Origin: Thecamonas trahens ATCC 50062
Taxonomy: Eukaryota > Protista > Apusomonadida
DNA: 63,575 nt
Direction: 5' to 3'
Assembly (NCBI RefSeq): GCF_000142905.1
Contig: NW_013657676.1
Span: 124,426-188,000 of the forward strand
A program made the translations under genes and the position numbers. Below are positions 52,505 through 63,450 of this stretch, in pieces (the stretch's first letter is position 1; each line of letters opens with the position of its first letter). The notes beneath the pieces are model-generated. The model saw nothing but the letters and a program-made list of their open reading frames with translations, was not told where the DNA came from and searched no databases.

Positions 52505-53866
52505 TTAGAGTTGACAGAAGACTGCGGCAGCATGTGGGGCCATTGCAGCGAGGGCCCGGACCGCCACATCGAGTGCGTCATCATCGCAGGCAGCCCAGGC
52601 CGAGGTGGCGGCGACAAGGAGGCAAGCGACTGTCTGGTCGTCAGAGATGGGCGGGGCGTGAGTGCGCAGCAGCGCTGCGGCGCGGACAACGTCGCCCGCA
52701 TCGGCGGCAAGGACAAGGGCGTCGAGCTTGGTGCCACTGGCCAGGGCAAAGTCGACAGCCGCATCGAGCTCGCCCTGAGCTATGGCGGCGTACTTGCCGC
52801 GGAGAGCAGCAGGCGCAGCGGTGGCAGGGTCGCTGCGGCAGAGGGCGACAACAAGAGCAGCGAGGTGGAGGGCAAAGCGCGATCGAAGGAGCGCGTCGTC
52901 ATCACACGCAACGGCGATCTCATCCACAACCGCCACCACAGTGGCGAGCGGCGGGACGGGGCGGCCTGCGGCGGCGGCGGCGGCGAGGTCGCTGACGAGG
53001 GCATCGGCGGCGGCGGCGGCGGCGGCGCTTCCGGGCGCGACGCTCTTTGCGGCGCAAAGGCCGTGCAACGCCACCGAAGCGTCGTCACTCTCAAAGTATG
53101 CCTGCAGGACGAGGACGTAGAAGGACTGAGCGAGGAGGCGATCGTGCGGGTGGAAGAGCCGGGCGAGCCAAAGGTTGACGAGCTTGGGCGAGGGCCAGCC
53201 GGCGCGCGGCTCGCCGGGATCGCCCTTGCGGAGTGCGAGGAAGCAGCTTGCGGCGTCGGCAATGAGCCCTGCATCGGCTAGCGCAAGACCGGCCTCGCAC
53301 AGCTTGCGGAGGTGCTTGCCGCTGGCGACAGCGCCGCTTGCGAGCTTGACCACGATCTTGTACGCCTTCCGGCCAACGTCTGCGATGGCGGGATCGAGCG
53401 GGCGCAAACGCGAGGGGCTGGCGGGTCCGGCCGCCACCGCCCGTAGCTCTGCCACACGCGCCGTGTGCTTGGCCGAGCGCAGATGGGTCTCGAGCGTGTC
53501 TGCCGAGCGGAAGCTCTTGCGGCAGGCGGTGCACCGGGCGCCGCTCGATGGCGACTCGCTCCCACTCCCGCCGCCACTCCCGCCGCTCCCACCACCACCG
53601 GTCACCAGCCGCTTCGGCACCGCGCCGCCAGCCGCCAGCACAGGCAGCGCCGCCGTGCATCGAGCCTCGCTTTGCAGCGCCAGGGCCAGCCGCCGGCGCG
53701 GTGGGAGCCAGCCGGCCGACTCACTCGCGGCCTCAGCCGCCACCAGCCACGCCGCCACCGCCGAGCACACCGCCGACGGGACACGGACGTCAACAGGCTC
53801 TCCCACCGCTGGAAGCACGTTGTCGATCCAGGGCGCAAACTCTCCACGCGGTATTGTGCCAGCCAT
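52505..53866 (-). CDS. C2H2 (matrin/JAZ-type) zinc finger protein with helical C-terminus
   Basis: CTACRKSFRSADTLETHLRSAKH; ATG at 53866. Confidence 0.7.
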   Translation of the reverse strand: MAGTIPRGEFAPWIDNVLPAVGEPVDVRVPSAVCSAVAAWLVAAEAASESAGWLPPRRRLALALQSEARCTAALPVLAAGGAVPKRLVTGGGGSGGSGGGSGSESPSSGARCTACRKSFRSADTLETHLRSAKHTARVAELRAVAAGPASPSRLRPLDPAIADVGRKAYKIVVKLASGAVASGKHLRKLCEAGLALADAGLIADAASCFLALRKGDPGEPRAGWPSPKLVNLWLARLFHPHDRLLAQSFYVLVLQAYFESDDASVALHGLCAAKSVAPGSAAAAAAADALVSDLAAAAAAGRPVPPLATVVAVVDEIAVACDDDALLRSRFALHLAALVVALCRSDPATAAPAALRGKYAAIAQGELDAAVDFALASGTKLDALVLAADAGDVVRAAALLRTHAPPISDDQTVACLLVAATSAWAACDDDALDVAVRALAAMAPHAAAVFCQL

Positions 53867-54747
53867 GGTGAGACAGAGAGAGGCAGAGGGGGGGGGGTGG
53901 GGGGGGGGGGGGGCGGGTGAGGGGGGTGAGGTGCTCGTGCTCGGGATCGGGATCATGATCAGGGGGCGGGATCGAGGGGTGGATAGGGTGGATGCAGGGG
54001 GGGGGGATATCGAGGGCGATGGGGCGGTAGAGGGGGAGTAGGGGGGGGATAAAAGGAAAGAACAGGAGAGGGGGGAGGAAGGAAGGCGGGAAGGGGCAGG
54101 ATGGGGGATGGGAGAGTGGAGATTGAGCTGGAAGCGTGGAGAAGTTGTTTTGGAAGAGCGGGGCCTATCCGGAGTGCGGCTGATCACTGGTTTTCGCTCG
54201 GCAAAGCGGGTCCCCTTTACTATGGCACGGCAATGAGCCTCGGCTGCAGACGCGGATGGCGACAAGGTTGCTGATGGGCTTGATGGGCTTGATGGGCTTG
54301 ATGGCGACAAGGGAGAGGCACACAGGAACTAGCTCAGGGTGGATGGATGGTACATGGCCGACAATGGTTGCTCCTCGTACGGGCACGCTCACTCTGATGA
54401 GGGGGGCAACGACGACATGAGCTCTCCTCGGCGTGCAGGGCTGTAGCCCGGACTATGACGCCCCCGCCCCCCCTTCCCGATGCTCTGATGACGTCGATCT
54501 CGATGGGAGCCATCTGATGATGGGCTGGATGGGCGGGGAGGATGGGGAGGGGGCACCCATGGCGCGACCGGTGACCTCACCACGAACACGGCGTGTCACC
54601 ACCTGTGGCGAGGTCACCACCGAACACCGCCGCAGACGGTGGTTTGGTCCTCATTGCCGACCACGATGATAGTCACTTCTCTCCCCCTCCCCCCCCCCCC
54701 CTCCCCCCATGGTATCCCACAGAACACGCTATGCGCCCCACAGCAGG

Positions 54748-55734
54748 ATGCGGGTGGCCGCCTCGCCCTCGTTCGCCCTCGCTCTCGTCCTCGCCCTCGC
54801 CCTCGCCCTCGCCTTCGTGCAGCCTGCACACGGCAAGGCCACCGATCGTATCCTCCTGGCTGATGTCAACTCGCTGATGTTGCGGGCGGGCGAAATGACA
54901 ACGGGCCGGCGGTCGCCGCCAGTGTCGCAGATCGCGTGCGTTGGCGGGCCATGCCAAGTCTTCAAGCCCGAGGTCATCCTCTGCACTAACATGGGCCCAG
55001 GCGGCTTTGGCGGCAACGACATCTCGTGGAAGTGCGAGGCATCGCTGCCGTCCAACTTGGTCTTTGGCTCGACGACCGTTACCTGCGAGGGCTACGAGTC
55101 GCCGGATGATCCGTACGTGCTCAAGGGCTCGTGCGGCGTCAACTACACCATCAAGCGCGTCGGCAGTGCTTCCCCCACAGGCTACTCGTCGTCCTCTTAC
55201 TCTGGCTTTGGCTTTGGCTCGAGCTCGAGCTCGAGCTCAGACTCGGGCTCGTCGTTCTTCTGGTGGCTTGTCGTCGCTGGCCTCCTCTACGTGGCTTACA
55301 AGTACTTTATCGCGCCCTCGCCGCCGCGCGCGCCCGGATCGGGCGGCAGTGGCGGGCACGGCGGCAGCGGCGGTGGTTACGGCGGTGGCGGCGGCGGCGG
55401 CGGTGGCGATGGATACGGCGGCGGCGGAGGCGGCAACTGCATGCCACCGCCGTACTCGGGCGCGTCGTATGCACCACCGCCTGCTGCGCCTGCTGCCGGC
55501 GGCGGCATGTTTGGCGGCTGGGGCGGATTCCTCGGCGGCATGGGCCTCGGCTACATGATGGGCGGCGGGCGGCGGCGCTACGGCTACGGCGGAGGCTATG
55601 GCTACGGCGGAGGCTATCGCCGGCCGATGTTTGGCGGTGGCGGCGGATGGGGCGGCGGCGGCGGCGGTGGTGGCGGCGGTGGCGCGCCGTCGATGCGAAC
55701 CACCACCGGCTATGGCGGAACCCGTAATCGTTGA
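54748..55734 (+). CDS. SARAF: SARAF/TMEM66 store-operated Ca2+ entry regulator
   Basis: Signal peptide; TTGRRSPPV.Q..CVGG, WKCEA, CEGYESPDDPYVLKGSCG; TM; Gly-rich tail ending TGYGGTRNR. Confidence 0.93.
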   Translation: MRVAASPSFALALVLALALALAFVQPAHGKATDRILLADVNSLMLRAGEMTTGRRSPPVSQIACVGGPCQVFKPEVILCTNMGPGGFGGNDISWKCEASLPSNLVFGSTTVTCEGYESPDDPYVLKGSCGVNYTIKRVGSASPTGYSSSSYSGFGFGSSSSSSSDSGSSFFWWLVVAGLLYVAYKYFIAPSPPRAPGSGGSGGHGGSGGGYGGGGGGGGGDGYGGGGGGNCMPPPYSGASYAPPPAAPAAGGGMFGGWGGFLGGMGLGYMMGGGRRRYGYGGGYGYGGGYRRPMFGGGGGWGGGGGGGGGGGAPSMRTTTGYGGTRNR

Positions 55735-55871
55735 GCTGTGTAAATCCTCCCCCAAGGTGAGACCTTATGCCGATCTCACGATCATCCACTCGTCCCTCTT
55801 CAACCCATCCTCGCTCCGTGCCTCTGTGCCCCGTCGGCAGGTCGGCTCACTCGTCTAAATTTGCGTCGTAT

Positions 55872-57613
55872 ATGGTTCGTTCGTTGCCGGGCAGCGGCAC
55901 CCCCCGCGCGCGCTGCCGCCCCCCCACCTCCCCTCCCCCCCGGGAACTACCCCCTTCCCCCTTCGTCCTCCCGCCCCCTTGCCCCCCCCTTCCCCCTACC
56001 CCTACCTCCCCAGCTCCCCCCCCTTCTCCCCTCACCCCCCCCCCCCTCCCCTGCAGGCTGCACACGGTCACGGTCAGGGCGAGGAGGTGACCATGATCGC
56101 CTCGTCAGACGTTCGGGTGCGACTGTACCACGCGTTGCTGGACGCCGACCCGAGGCGCGAGGGCGTGGTGCCTGTGGAGGCGTTCAATGCCGCGCTGGAG
56201 GCTGTCGGCCTGCGGTATGGGACGGAAGAGTGCGACCGGCTGATGACGCAGGTCAAGCTGGTGTCGGACGAGCGCGGGCAGTTTGTCGACTGCTACCGTT
56301 ACCTGGAGGAGATCGAGGGCATTCTGTCGACGCCTGCGGCGGTGCACCACTCGCTGCGCGGGGCGCGTGTGACGGACAACTTCTCGGTGGTGCAGGAAGA
56401 GTACAAGGAGCGGGCCATCCAGCACCGCGACTACATCATGGGCCAGAAGGACCGCATCTACCGGGCGTTCTGCCAGTTTGAGGCCGGCCTCTGCTCCGAG
56501 GCCGAGTTTCTGGACTTTCTTTACGGGTGCGGCGTCGACGACACCCGCGAGCTGCGCAAGATCCTCAAGGTCAAGCGTACCGAGGGCTACATCCACTTTT
56601 CCGAGCTGATGAAGGTCTGCACCCTGCCGGGGCGGCACCTGACCCAGACCCAGGCCGAGCTCCCGCAGCCGGAGCCGATTGTGTGGGAGACGCAGAAGCG
56701 TTCGACCGACGTTATTTCGTGGCGTGGCGCGGCAAACGAGTTGCGGACCGGCAAGCGGCTTGGCGCCAACACGGTCGGCTACGTGCCAGACGTGCCGAAT
56801 CCCGAGGCCCTCGCCGCCCGCCCCTCGCGCGCCATCGACACCGCCGAGTTGACCGCCTTTGAGCGGGTCTCGCAGGAGCGCCTTTACGCCTGCGTCCGTG
56901 ACTTTATCCAGGGCGACATCGAGGCGCCGGCATTCCGTGCCTTTCTCCACGACATGCGCATTCCCATCAACCGCGACATGGAGATCCTCATCGACCGCCA
57001 ATCGACCTCGCAGGGCTCGGTCGCCTTTGGCGAGCTGCTCAAGACCATGAACATGGATCAGATCTACGGGTTCAAGGCCGTGCCAGCTGTCAACACTTCG
57101 TCGGGCGCCGAGCGTGTCCATGGCGACATCATCGGGTGGACAAAGGTCAAGCACGAGGAGGACTTTGCCGTCAAGACCACTCCGGCCAAGCGGTACGTCG
57201 ACCGCCCCAACTCGGGTAACTTTCTGGTGTGGAACGTCCACAACCCGGGCGCAGCTCCACCGCCGGCTGCTCCCGAGTCGGCCTCGGGCGTGGCACGCCA
57301 CGGCCCCTCCGGCGACCACGACAAGATTCTCGAGTGGTCTTCGTGGCGCGACGGTATTCCGCCGGACCAGCCCGTCAACACCCACCGCTCCGGTGCCACC
57401 TCGCGACTCGCCTACGACTCGGGCGACATCTTCACCTGGTCCTCGCGCCAGACAGAAAACGAGGCCGACTACTGGGTCCAGCGTCGCGGCAAGGCGTCGC
57501 CCACACGCAGGCCCGACACCGCCAACCCGCTCGGCTTTGAGACCCACTCGGACAAGCCGCAGCCGCCGCCGTCTGACTGGCGGCAGCAGCTCCTCTCCAC
57601 CCGCCCGTGGTAA
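55872..57613 (+). CDS. EF-hand-like protein with repeated GDI.xW motifs (ATG followed directly by intron 55875-56056)
   Basis: ATG|GTTCGT...CTGCAG|GCT in frame; degenerate EF-hand pairs (GQFVDC, GYIHFSEL, GSVAFGEL); Trp-containing repeats. Confidence 0.65.
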
Positions 57614-57659
57614 ACACCCACCTGTAACACCGCGACCCTTTCCCTTTGCAGAAGCCACG

Positions 57660-59270
57660 TCAAAGCCTACCCTTGGCCGCCTGCTGCTCCTTGTACAGCC
57701 GATAGTAGTAGGCGTCCTCCTCGGCCTCGGCCTCGTCGGCGTATGCCACCACGTCGGCCGAGTGCGCCACGTCAAACACCAGCCGCTCCCGCTCAGCACG
57801 GGCATCGACGTGGGTCCGCGGCCCGGACTCGCCGCCAAAAGACGCCGACGCGAGCGCTGCAAACGGATCGTCTTCTTCGTGCTCGGAATCGTACAGCTCG
57901 GGATCAACGGCATCCGGCAAGAGGCTTAGCCCGCCGAACCGGGCCATAAACTCATCGGCGTCGCTGACGTGACGGAGGCCTGACGAGCCGCCGTCGTCGC
58001 CGAGGTATGCCTGCGAAAAGCGGTTGAACGCCGCAACTTCGGGCGCCTGGTCAAGCTCAAAGTACGGGTCGACAAACTCGTGGTCGTCGACGTCGTCCGC
58101 CAGGTCGTCGCCGTCGCGCGACTCGTCGTCGCTCACGTCACGCGGCGCCCACGGGTCGAACCGCCTGACGCTCCTGCTGCCGTCACGCGCGTAGCCACCT
58201 TCGTCGCCGTCCGACGAGTCGTGCGACGCCTCGTCCGGGTAGTCGATCTCCTGCCCGTCGAGCGACTCGTCGAGCTCGTCGTGAACACCGACCTCGCCGT
58301 CCGAGTCGTACTCGCCCATGAGCAGCGACGAGATACCGTACGACTCCAGCGCCATGTTGGCTTCGTTCTCGTCGAGCAGTGCCTCGCCCTGGCACACGTA
58401 GTAGTTGCCAATGGCGTTGGCCGTGCCGAGCGACATGCCGCCCCAGTCGTCGTCGTCGTCGGAATCGAGGCCGACGTACGCCTCCGACCCGGCAAGGACC
58501 AGCATCCCAGTCTCGCCGTTCTCGCCCGGAATCCACTCGAGGAGCGTCTCGGTCGACTCGGCCGCGGCCGGCGGAAGGCTGGTGCCCGACGCCGCGGCGA
58601 TTGCCCGTGCCACAGCGAGGGCGTCGCCCTTAGCCATTCCGCGCGCTGTCGCGTTGAGCACCGGCATGAGATGCTTTTGCAGCATAGCCCGTAGCCCGTC
58701 GTCATCATCTTGAAGGGTACCGCTCGATCTGGTCTCGGCTTGATCGTCGTCGTCGTCGTCGTCGTCGACCACATCAACCACGTTGATGTGCTTGCCGCCG
58801 CTTGCCCGCAACGTGCGAACCTTGAGCAGCCGCCTGCGGCGGGCGGACTTGCCCGACGCAGCCGCCAGCACACCGGCGTTCTTCTTGCCCAGGGCGCCCG
58901 GACCCGATCGGACCGAGGAGCGGACAACCGACCGTGGACGGGTCGGGCGAGCGCCGGGCGCCGAAGGGGCAAACAGCATGGGCAGGCGTGTGAGGAGCGA
59001 GGCGGTCTCTGCAGCCGTCCGCGCGCCCGCCCGCTCTGCCTGGCTCACCTCGCGGTCTCCCCCTCTCCCGCTCCCCCGCTGCTTCTGCCGCTTGGCCATG
59101 CGCTCCCCGTATCCGTCGTCGCTCGACGACGATGACGAGGTCGACGAGGTCGAGTCGGCCCGCCCGCGCCCGCGCCCGCTCCGCTGCCCGCGGCGCCGCT
59201 TGTAGCGCACAATGGTCAGTGGCGCACCGCCGTCTTCGTCATCACCCACAAGCACTTGCCTCGCAGACAT
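57660..59270 (-). CDS. Iwr1/SLC7A6OS-like RNA polymerase II nuclear import factor
   Basis: N-terminal IVRYKRRR and an acidic region with DESLDGQEIDYPDE, similar to the Iwr1 D.....DYPDE motif. Confidence 0.65.
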   Translation of the reverse strand: MSARQVLVGDDEDGGAPLTIVRYKRRRGQRSGRGRGRADSTSSTSSSSSSDDGYGERMAKRQKQRGSGRGGDREVSQAERAGARTAAETASLLTRLPMLFAPSAPGARPTRPRSVVRSSVRSGPGALGKKNAGVLAAASGKSARRRRLLKVRTLRASGGKHINVVDVVDDDDDDDDQAETRSSGTLQDDDDGLRAMLQKHLMPVLNATARGMAKGDALAVARAIAAASGTSLPPAAAESTETLLEWIPGENGETGMLVLAGSEAYVGLDSDDDDDWGGMSLGTANAIGNYYVCQGEALLDENEANMALESYGISSLLMGEYDSDGEVGVHDELDESLDGQEIDYPDEASHDSSDGDEGGYARDGSRSVRRFDPWAPRDVSDDESRDGDDLADDVDDHEFVDPYFELDQAPEVAAFNRFSQAYLGDDGGSSGLRHVSDADEFMARFGGLSLLPDAVDPELYDSEHEEDDPFAALASASFGGESGPRTHVDARAERERLVFDVAHSADVVAYADEAEAEEDAYYYRLYKEQQAAKGRL

Positions 59271-59526
59271 GATATGTCGGTGAGGTCGAGTGTGGTGTGC
59301 GGTGTGCGGGTGTGAGTGCGAGGGCTTTGGTGGCGAGTGGCGTGGTGCCGTGGTGGTGGGCTGCCGCCGGTTCGTGGTGGATCCGTCGAGTATGCCCAAT
59401 GTTGGCGCGCTCTCGGACACCTCTGCGCCGATGTGCATGGCATCGACTGCATTATTGGGTGATGGCTTCTCTACGTTGGTGCTTTAGTTGCTCGGGGAGT
59501 TTAGAGCTGTGCTGCGGGAGTGATGC

Positions 59527-60975
59527 TTACGCGGCTGCGCCCATGAGCGGGGCCGCGGCAGCGTCGGCCCGGAGCCGGACGAGCTGGCGGTCTGCTTGCC
59601 GGCGGCGGCGGGAGCGGATGATGGCCACTCCACTGTCGAGCTCCGGCTGGTCGAGCTTGACGGGCTTGCGGTTGGGTGACTGCGGGTCGATGATGGCCTT
59701 GACCGCCGAGTCGAGACGGTGTCGGATGTCGACGACGGCCCGACGTCCGCGCCCGGTGCGCCCCGACGGCACAGGCGTGTAGCGGTACGGCGCTGGGCGC
59801 TTGATGTGGGCGATGGCGAGCGGAAGGACAAGCCGCTCGTCGAAAATGACCCGCCAGCTCCCGTTGACCCGCCGGATACGCGAGCGCGCGTTGGCTGCGC
59901 TCCGCGCGGGTGCGAGATTGACCGAAGAATGCGAGTTCGCATCGCGACGGCGGGCGTGGGGGCTGATGTGGCGCGCCTCGTGCGCCGCCATCCGCCGCAA
60001 CTCCTTCCGCAGCTTGGCACCCTCAAGCAGCGATGCAGAAGCAGAGTCTGTCAGCGGTGGAGCATGAGTGCGCGGCGGCTGGACGCTTCCGACGAGGCCA
60101 GGCACGCGTGCGCAGACCTCCGTCGGCTTGACGACCGGATCAAGGAGGCCACAGACAATGACGCGAGTCGAAGTCTTAGCTGTCGCACACCGCGAATATG
60201 CAAGTGGTGTGCTGAGTTCGGTCGAGGTGTAGATGCCGCGGCCGTACACCGAGCCGTTGGCGACGTTGACTCCGGCACGGCCGGGAATGATGAGGCCGCG
60301 GTCAAAGATCGAGTTGAACTTGCGCAGGCTTGTCCCGTGGCTGACCACCGACGGTAGAACCTTCATCCGCCGCGATGAGGCAATGAAGCGCTCGAGCAGC
60401 GCGCGGTTGATCGGAGCAGGCTCGATCTTCTCCACCTCGTGCGGCTGCTGCCGGAAATGCGCGCGTGCCACGTCGGTGAACGTGGTCTGGAACTCGGATG
60501 CATCCAGGAACGGCGAGAAGACGCCGCACGAGCTATCATTCCCACCCGGCGCCTCGACTTTGTCCTCGGTCTCAGTCTCGGCCTCACCCTCGCCATCAGT
60601 GGCGTTGCGTGGGTCGTTGAGCATCTCGAGCGCGACCACAAGGGTGACGGCGTCGACGCGGTCGACACGTTCGTACTTGCGCCGCCATGAGCTCCGCCGC
60701 CCGCAGTGTGCAAAGTACCGCTCGGCCTTGGTCTCGTAGTACTGCAGCGCAAGCTCGTCAGCGTAGTCAAACACAGCCTCGGTCTCGGCGGGGTATTCGT
60801 CAGCATCAAAGTGAAGGTCGGTCTCTACCGGCCCAGCCGTCGTGCACGCACGCGGTTGCTGGTTGAAAGCGCCCTCGACGTCTGCCAGAGAGGCCGAGAG
60901 TGCCAGCGCCAGCTGCAGATCATCGTCATAGTCTTCAGATCCGCCATGGCCCATCAAACGGGCAAAACTGTCCAT
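59527..60975 (-). CDS. UIM + PARP-like ADP-ribosyltransferase
   Basis: UIM EDYDDDLQLALALS; ART motifs SHGTS..FNSIFDRGL, NGSVYGRGIYTS, AYS, VIVCGLL, RVIFDERLVLP. Confidence 0.8.
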   Translation of the reverse strand: MDSFARLMGHGGSEDYDDDLQLALALSASLADVEGAFNQQPRACTTAGPVETDLHFDADEYPAETEAVFDYADELALQYYETKAERYFAHCGRRSSWRRKYERVDRVDAVTLVVALEMLNDPRNATDGEGEAETETEDKVEAPGGNDSSCGVFSPFLDASEFQTTFTDVARAHFRQQPHEVEKIEPAPINRALLERFIASSRRMKVLPSVVSHGTSLRKFNSIFDRGLIIPGRAGVNVANGSVYGRGIYTSTELSTPLAYSRCATAKTSTRVIVCGLLDPVVKPTEVCARVPGLVGSVQPPRTHAPPLTDSASASLLEGAKLRKELRRMAAHEARHISPHARRRDANSHSSVNLAPARSAANARSRIRRVNGSWRVIFDERLVLPLAIAHIKRPAPYRYTPVPSGRTGRGRRAVVDIRHRLDSAVKAIIDPQSPNRKPVKLDQPELDSGVAIIRSRRRRQADRQLVRLRADAAAAPLMGAAA

Positions 60976-61344
60976 GACTGCGGATGTTGAGCAAGTAGGC
61001 TGGTGGCCAAGAATGCGGCGTTTGCAAGTGTGGTTTTGGGCTGGCGGAATTGAAAAAGCCGCGGCGCACTTCCATTTCCGTCTTGGAACCGATTGGAAGC
61101 TCATTCGGAAGAACAAGACCAAAGCGCTGATAACACAGCCAAAGTAGCCGAGGCTCGCACGCCACCAGCCACGCCACGCCACCACATCGCGCCAACCTTT
61201 CCCACCTTCGCCTCTGCTCCCTTGTGATTGGCACCGATCTTGCGTGGACGATGGCCTCCACCGAGAGCATCAGCAATCCGCTGCTGGAATCCAGGGACGT
61301 TGTAATGAGTACGTCCTGCCGTCACACATAGGCGACTTGTCGAG

Positions 61345-61875
61345 ATGCGCGCGTTCTCACTCACTGATGATGGCGATGACGGCGATCCAGCTGACTCGCT
61401 CGTGCTGTTCTGGAAGGGCTTCCTCTCACAATGGTACCCGTGCGAGTTTGAAGTCGATGGCGTGGTCTACGCCAACGCTGAGCAGTACATGATGGCCGGC
61501 AAGGCGCGCCTGTTCGGCGACGACGAGATGCTCGAGGCTATTCTCGCCGAAACCTCGCCGCGTAAGATCAAAGGTCTTGGCCGCTGCGTGCGCAACTTTG
61601 ACGACAAGGTGTGGAAGGCCGAGTGCCTAGCGATTGTCGAGGCCGGGAATGTGGCCAAGTTCTCACAGAGCGAGGAGCTTGCCGCTGCGCTCCTGGCCAC
61701 GGGCACGCGGACCATTGCCGAGGCCTCTCCCTACGACAAGATCTGGGGCATCGGTCTCGCGCCCAACGACCGCCGCGCGCTCTCGCGTAAGAACTGGCGC
61801 GGCAGCAACTTGCTGGGCAAGGCTCTGATGGCGGTCCGGCGCCAGCTCGCCGTTGCTCGCGGGCTTGAGCTGTAG
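61345..61875 (+). CDS. NADAR (YbiA-like) hydrolase
   Basis: FLSQWYPCEF, AEQYMMAGKARLFGD, IKGLGR.VRNFD..W, KFSQ, LLATG, EASPYDKIWGIG, WRGSNLLGKALMAVR. Confidence 0.95.
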   Translation: MRAFSLTDDGDDGDPADSLVLFWKGFLSQWYPCEFEVDGVVYANAEQYMMAGKARLFGDDEMLEAILAETSPRKIKGLGRCVRNFDDKVWKAECLAIVEAGNVAKFSQSEELAAALLATGTRTIAEASPYDKIWGIGLAPNDRRALSRKNWRGSNLLGKALMAVRRQLAVARGLEL

Positions 61876-61978
61876 TTGGCTGAGCTGTGGACATACACTC
61901 AAAACACGAACGCAGACGGAGCCGGGTGACTTTGATACGCGTCCATGGCGATGGCTGTGGGCTATACACCGTGAGGGC

Positions 61979-62944
61979 TCACCAGAACTGGGGCTGCTGA
62001 CGGATGGCAACGGCAACGACGTGGACAAGACGGTTGTAGGCGAGCTGGACGTGCTTCACGCCAGTGAGCTCGTGCCGGAGGCCGTCGGCGGTGTAAAGAA
62101 CGAGGCCGGTGAGCTTGGAGGAGCACGGCCCACTCGGGTGCGGGAGGCAGATCGGGGCGGCGACCATTGGATCCGGGTTGGCTTCGACCGAGGCACGGGC
62201 AAGGTACTGGACCGAGGCGGCCGGGATGATGTACGGGCGCCCGCCGTCGACCTCGGGATCGGGCTTGCCGCCGATGGCCAACGCAATGTGGCCTTCAAAG
62301 ATGCAGAGGAAGCCCTTGAGCTTCTCGGTGCCCGAGACGATGTAGGTCTTGTGGACGCCAAGCAGCTGGCAGCGGCGGTCGATGGCAAAGAAGTGGTGCT
62401 CGTCGGCATCCGGCGGACGAATCGGGGCCGAAGGCGAGGGAGAGCTGCGGGCCAGGTCCCACATGACGTGCAACCAGTTGGCGAGGGTGACGCCGTCGGA
62501 CGGCTTGATAAAGGTGTGCATGGTGCCGTCAGCGTAGCACATGCGCAGGGTGTTTGGACCCTCGCCCGGCGGCGGCGGGCCGACAGCGAGCGAACCCGAA
62601 GATGACTCGCCGCGAGCGCAGAAGACCCGCTGAATGGCCTGCAGATCGCGATGCGGCAGGGTGAGCCGGACCTCGCGGCCGGCCGAGAAGGTGAGGACAC
62701 AGAGGAAGCGCGGCGTGACATAGACCTGTCCGGACAGGGTGTTAGCGCCCGAAATGAGGGTTGCAGACGAGCCTGCCAGCATGGGCTCTGCCGCCGGCTC
62801 GAGGTGAAACGAGGCCGGCATGTCAGCCGCACTCACCAGTGAGCCAGCCGCCACCTTTGTCTTGGCCGTCGCTTTGCGGCTCGACTCCATCACCGACGCT
62901 GACGCCGTGTTGGCCTTCTCCTTGAGCTTGTTCATGAACCCCAT
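61979..62944 (-). CDS. GRAM-like domain protein (two copies)
   Basis: LSGQVYVTPRFLC...LTLP..DLQAIQ and LKGFLCIFEGHIA...IIP..SVQYL; ATG at 62944. Confidence 0.6.
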   Translation of the reverse strand: MGFMNKLKEKANTASASVMESSRKATAKTKVAAGSLVSAADMPASFHLEPAAEPMLAGSSATLISGANTLSGQVYVTPRFLCVLTFSAGREVRLTLPHRDLQAIQRVFCARGESSSGSLAVGPPPPGEGPNTLRMCYADGTMHTFIKPSDGVTLANWLHVMWDLARSSPSPSAPIRPPDADEHHFFAIDRRCQLLGVHKTYIVSGTEKLKGFLCIFEGHIALAIGGKPDPEVDGGRPYIIPAASVQYLARASVEANPDPMVAAPICLPHPSGPCSSKLTGLVLYTADGLRHELTGVKHVQLAYNRLVHVVAVAIRQQPQFW

Positions 62945-62950
62945 GATGAG

Positions 62951-62953
<3 letters not shown>

Positions 62954-63014
<61 letters not shown>

Positions 63015-63019
63015 TGTGT

Positions 63020-63066
<47 letters not shown>
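62954..63066. repeat. (TG)n microsatellite
   Basis: Long TG run with a few TA interruptions. Confidence 0.95.
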
Positions 63067-63067
<1 letters not shown>

Positions 63068-63450
63068 TGTGGCGGTGAGGTGGGTGTGGCGGTGAGTTGG
63101 GTGTGGTGGTGGTGAGTGTGGTGATGGTGGTATGGTGGTGCTGCTGGGCAAGTGCCTGTCCATGCCGCCATCGGCTGCTCTGTTGCGAACAGCGGCAACG
63201 ATTGGCTACCGACCCGGCGGCACTGCCATGCCGGCTCTGCAACCATGCATGCCGCCGATGCCAGAGATGCCAGTGATGCCTCTCTCTCTCTCTCTCTCCT
63301 CCTCCCCTCCCCCNNNNNNNNNNNNNNNNNNNNNNNNNNNNNNNNNNNNNNNNNNNNNNNNNNNNNNNNNNNNNNNNNNNNNNNNNNNNNNNNNNNNNNN
63401 NNNNNNNNNNNNNCCCCCACACACACACACACACGCACACGCACACTCAC

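Noticed and set aside
54390-54525. TGATGA/CTGA motifs suggesting a box C/D snoRNA
   Set aside because: No convincing terminal stem or recognisable rRNA guide; would need snoscan/Infernal
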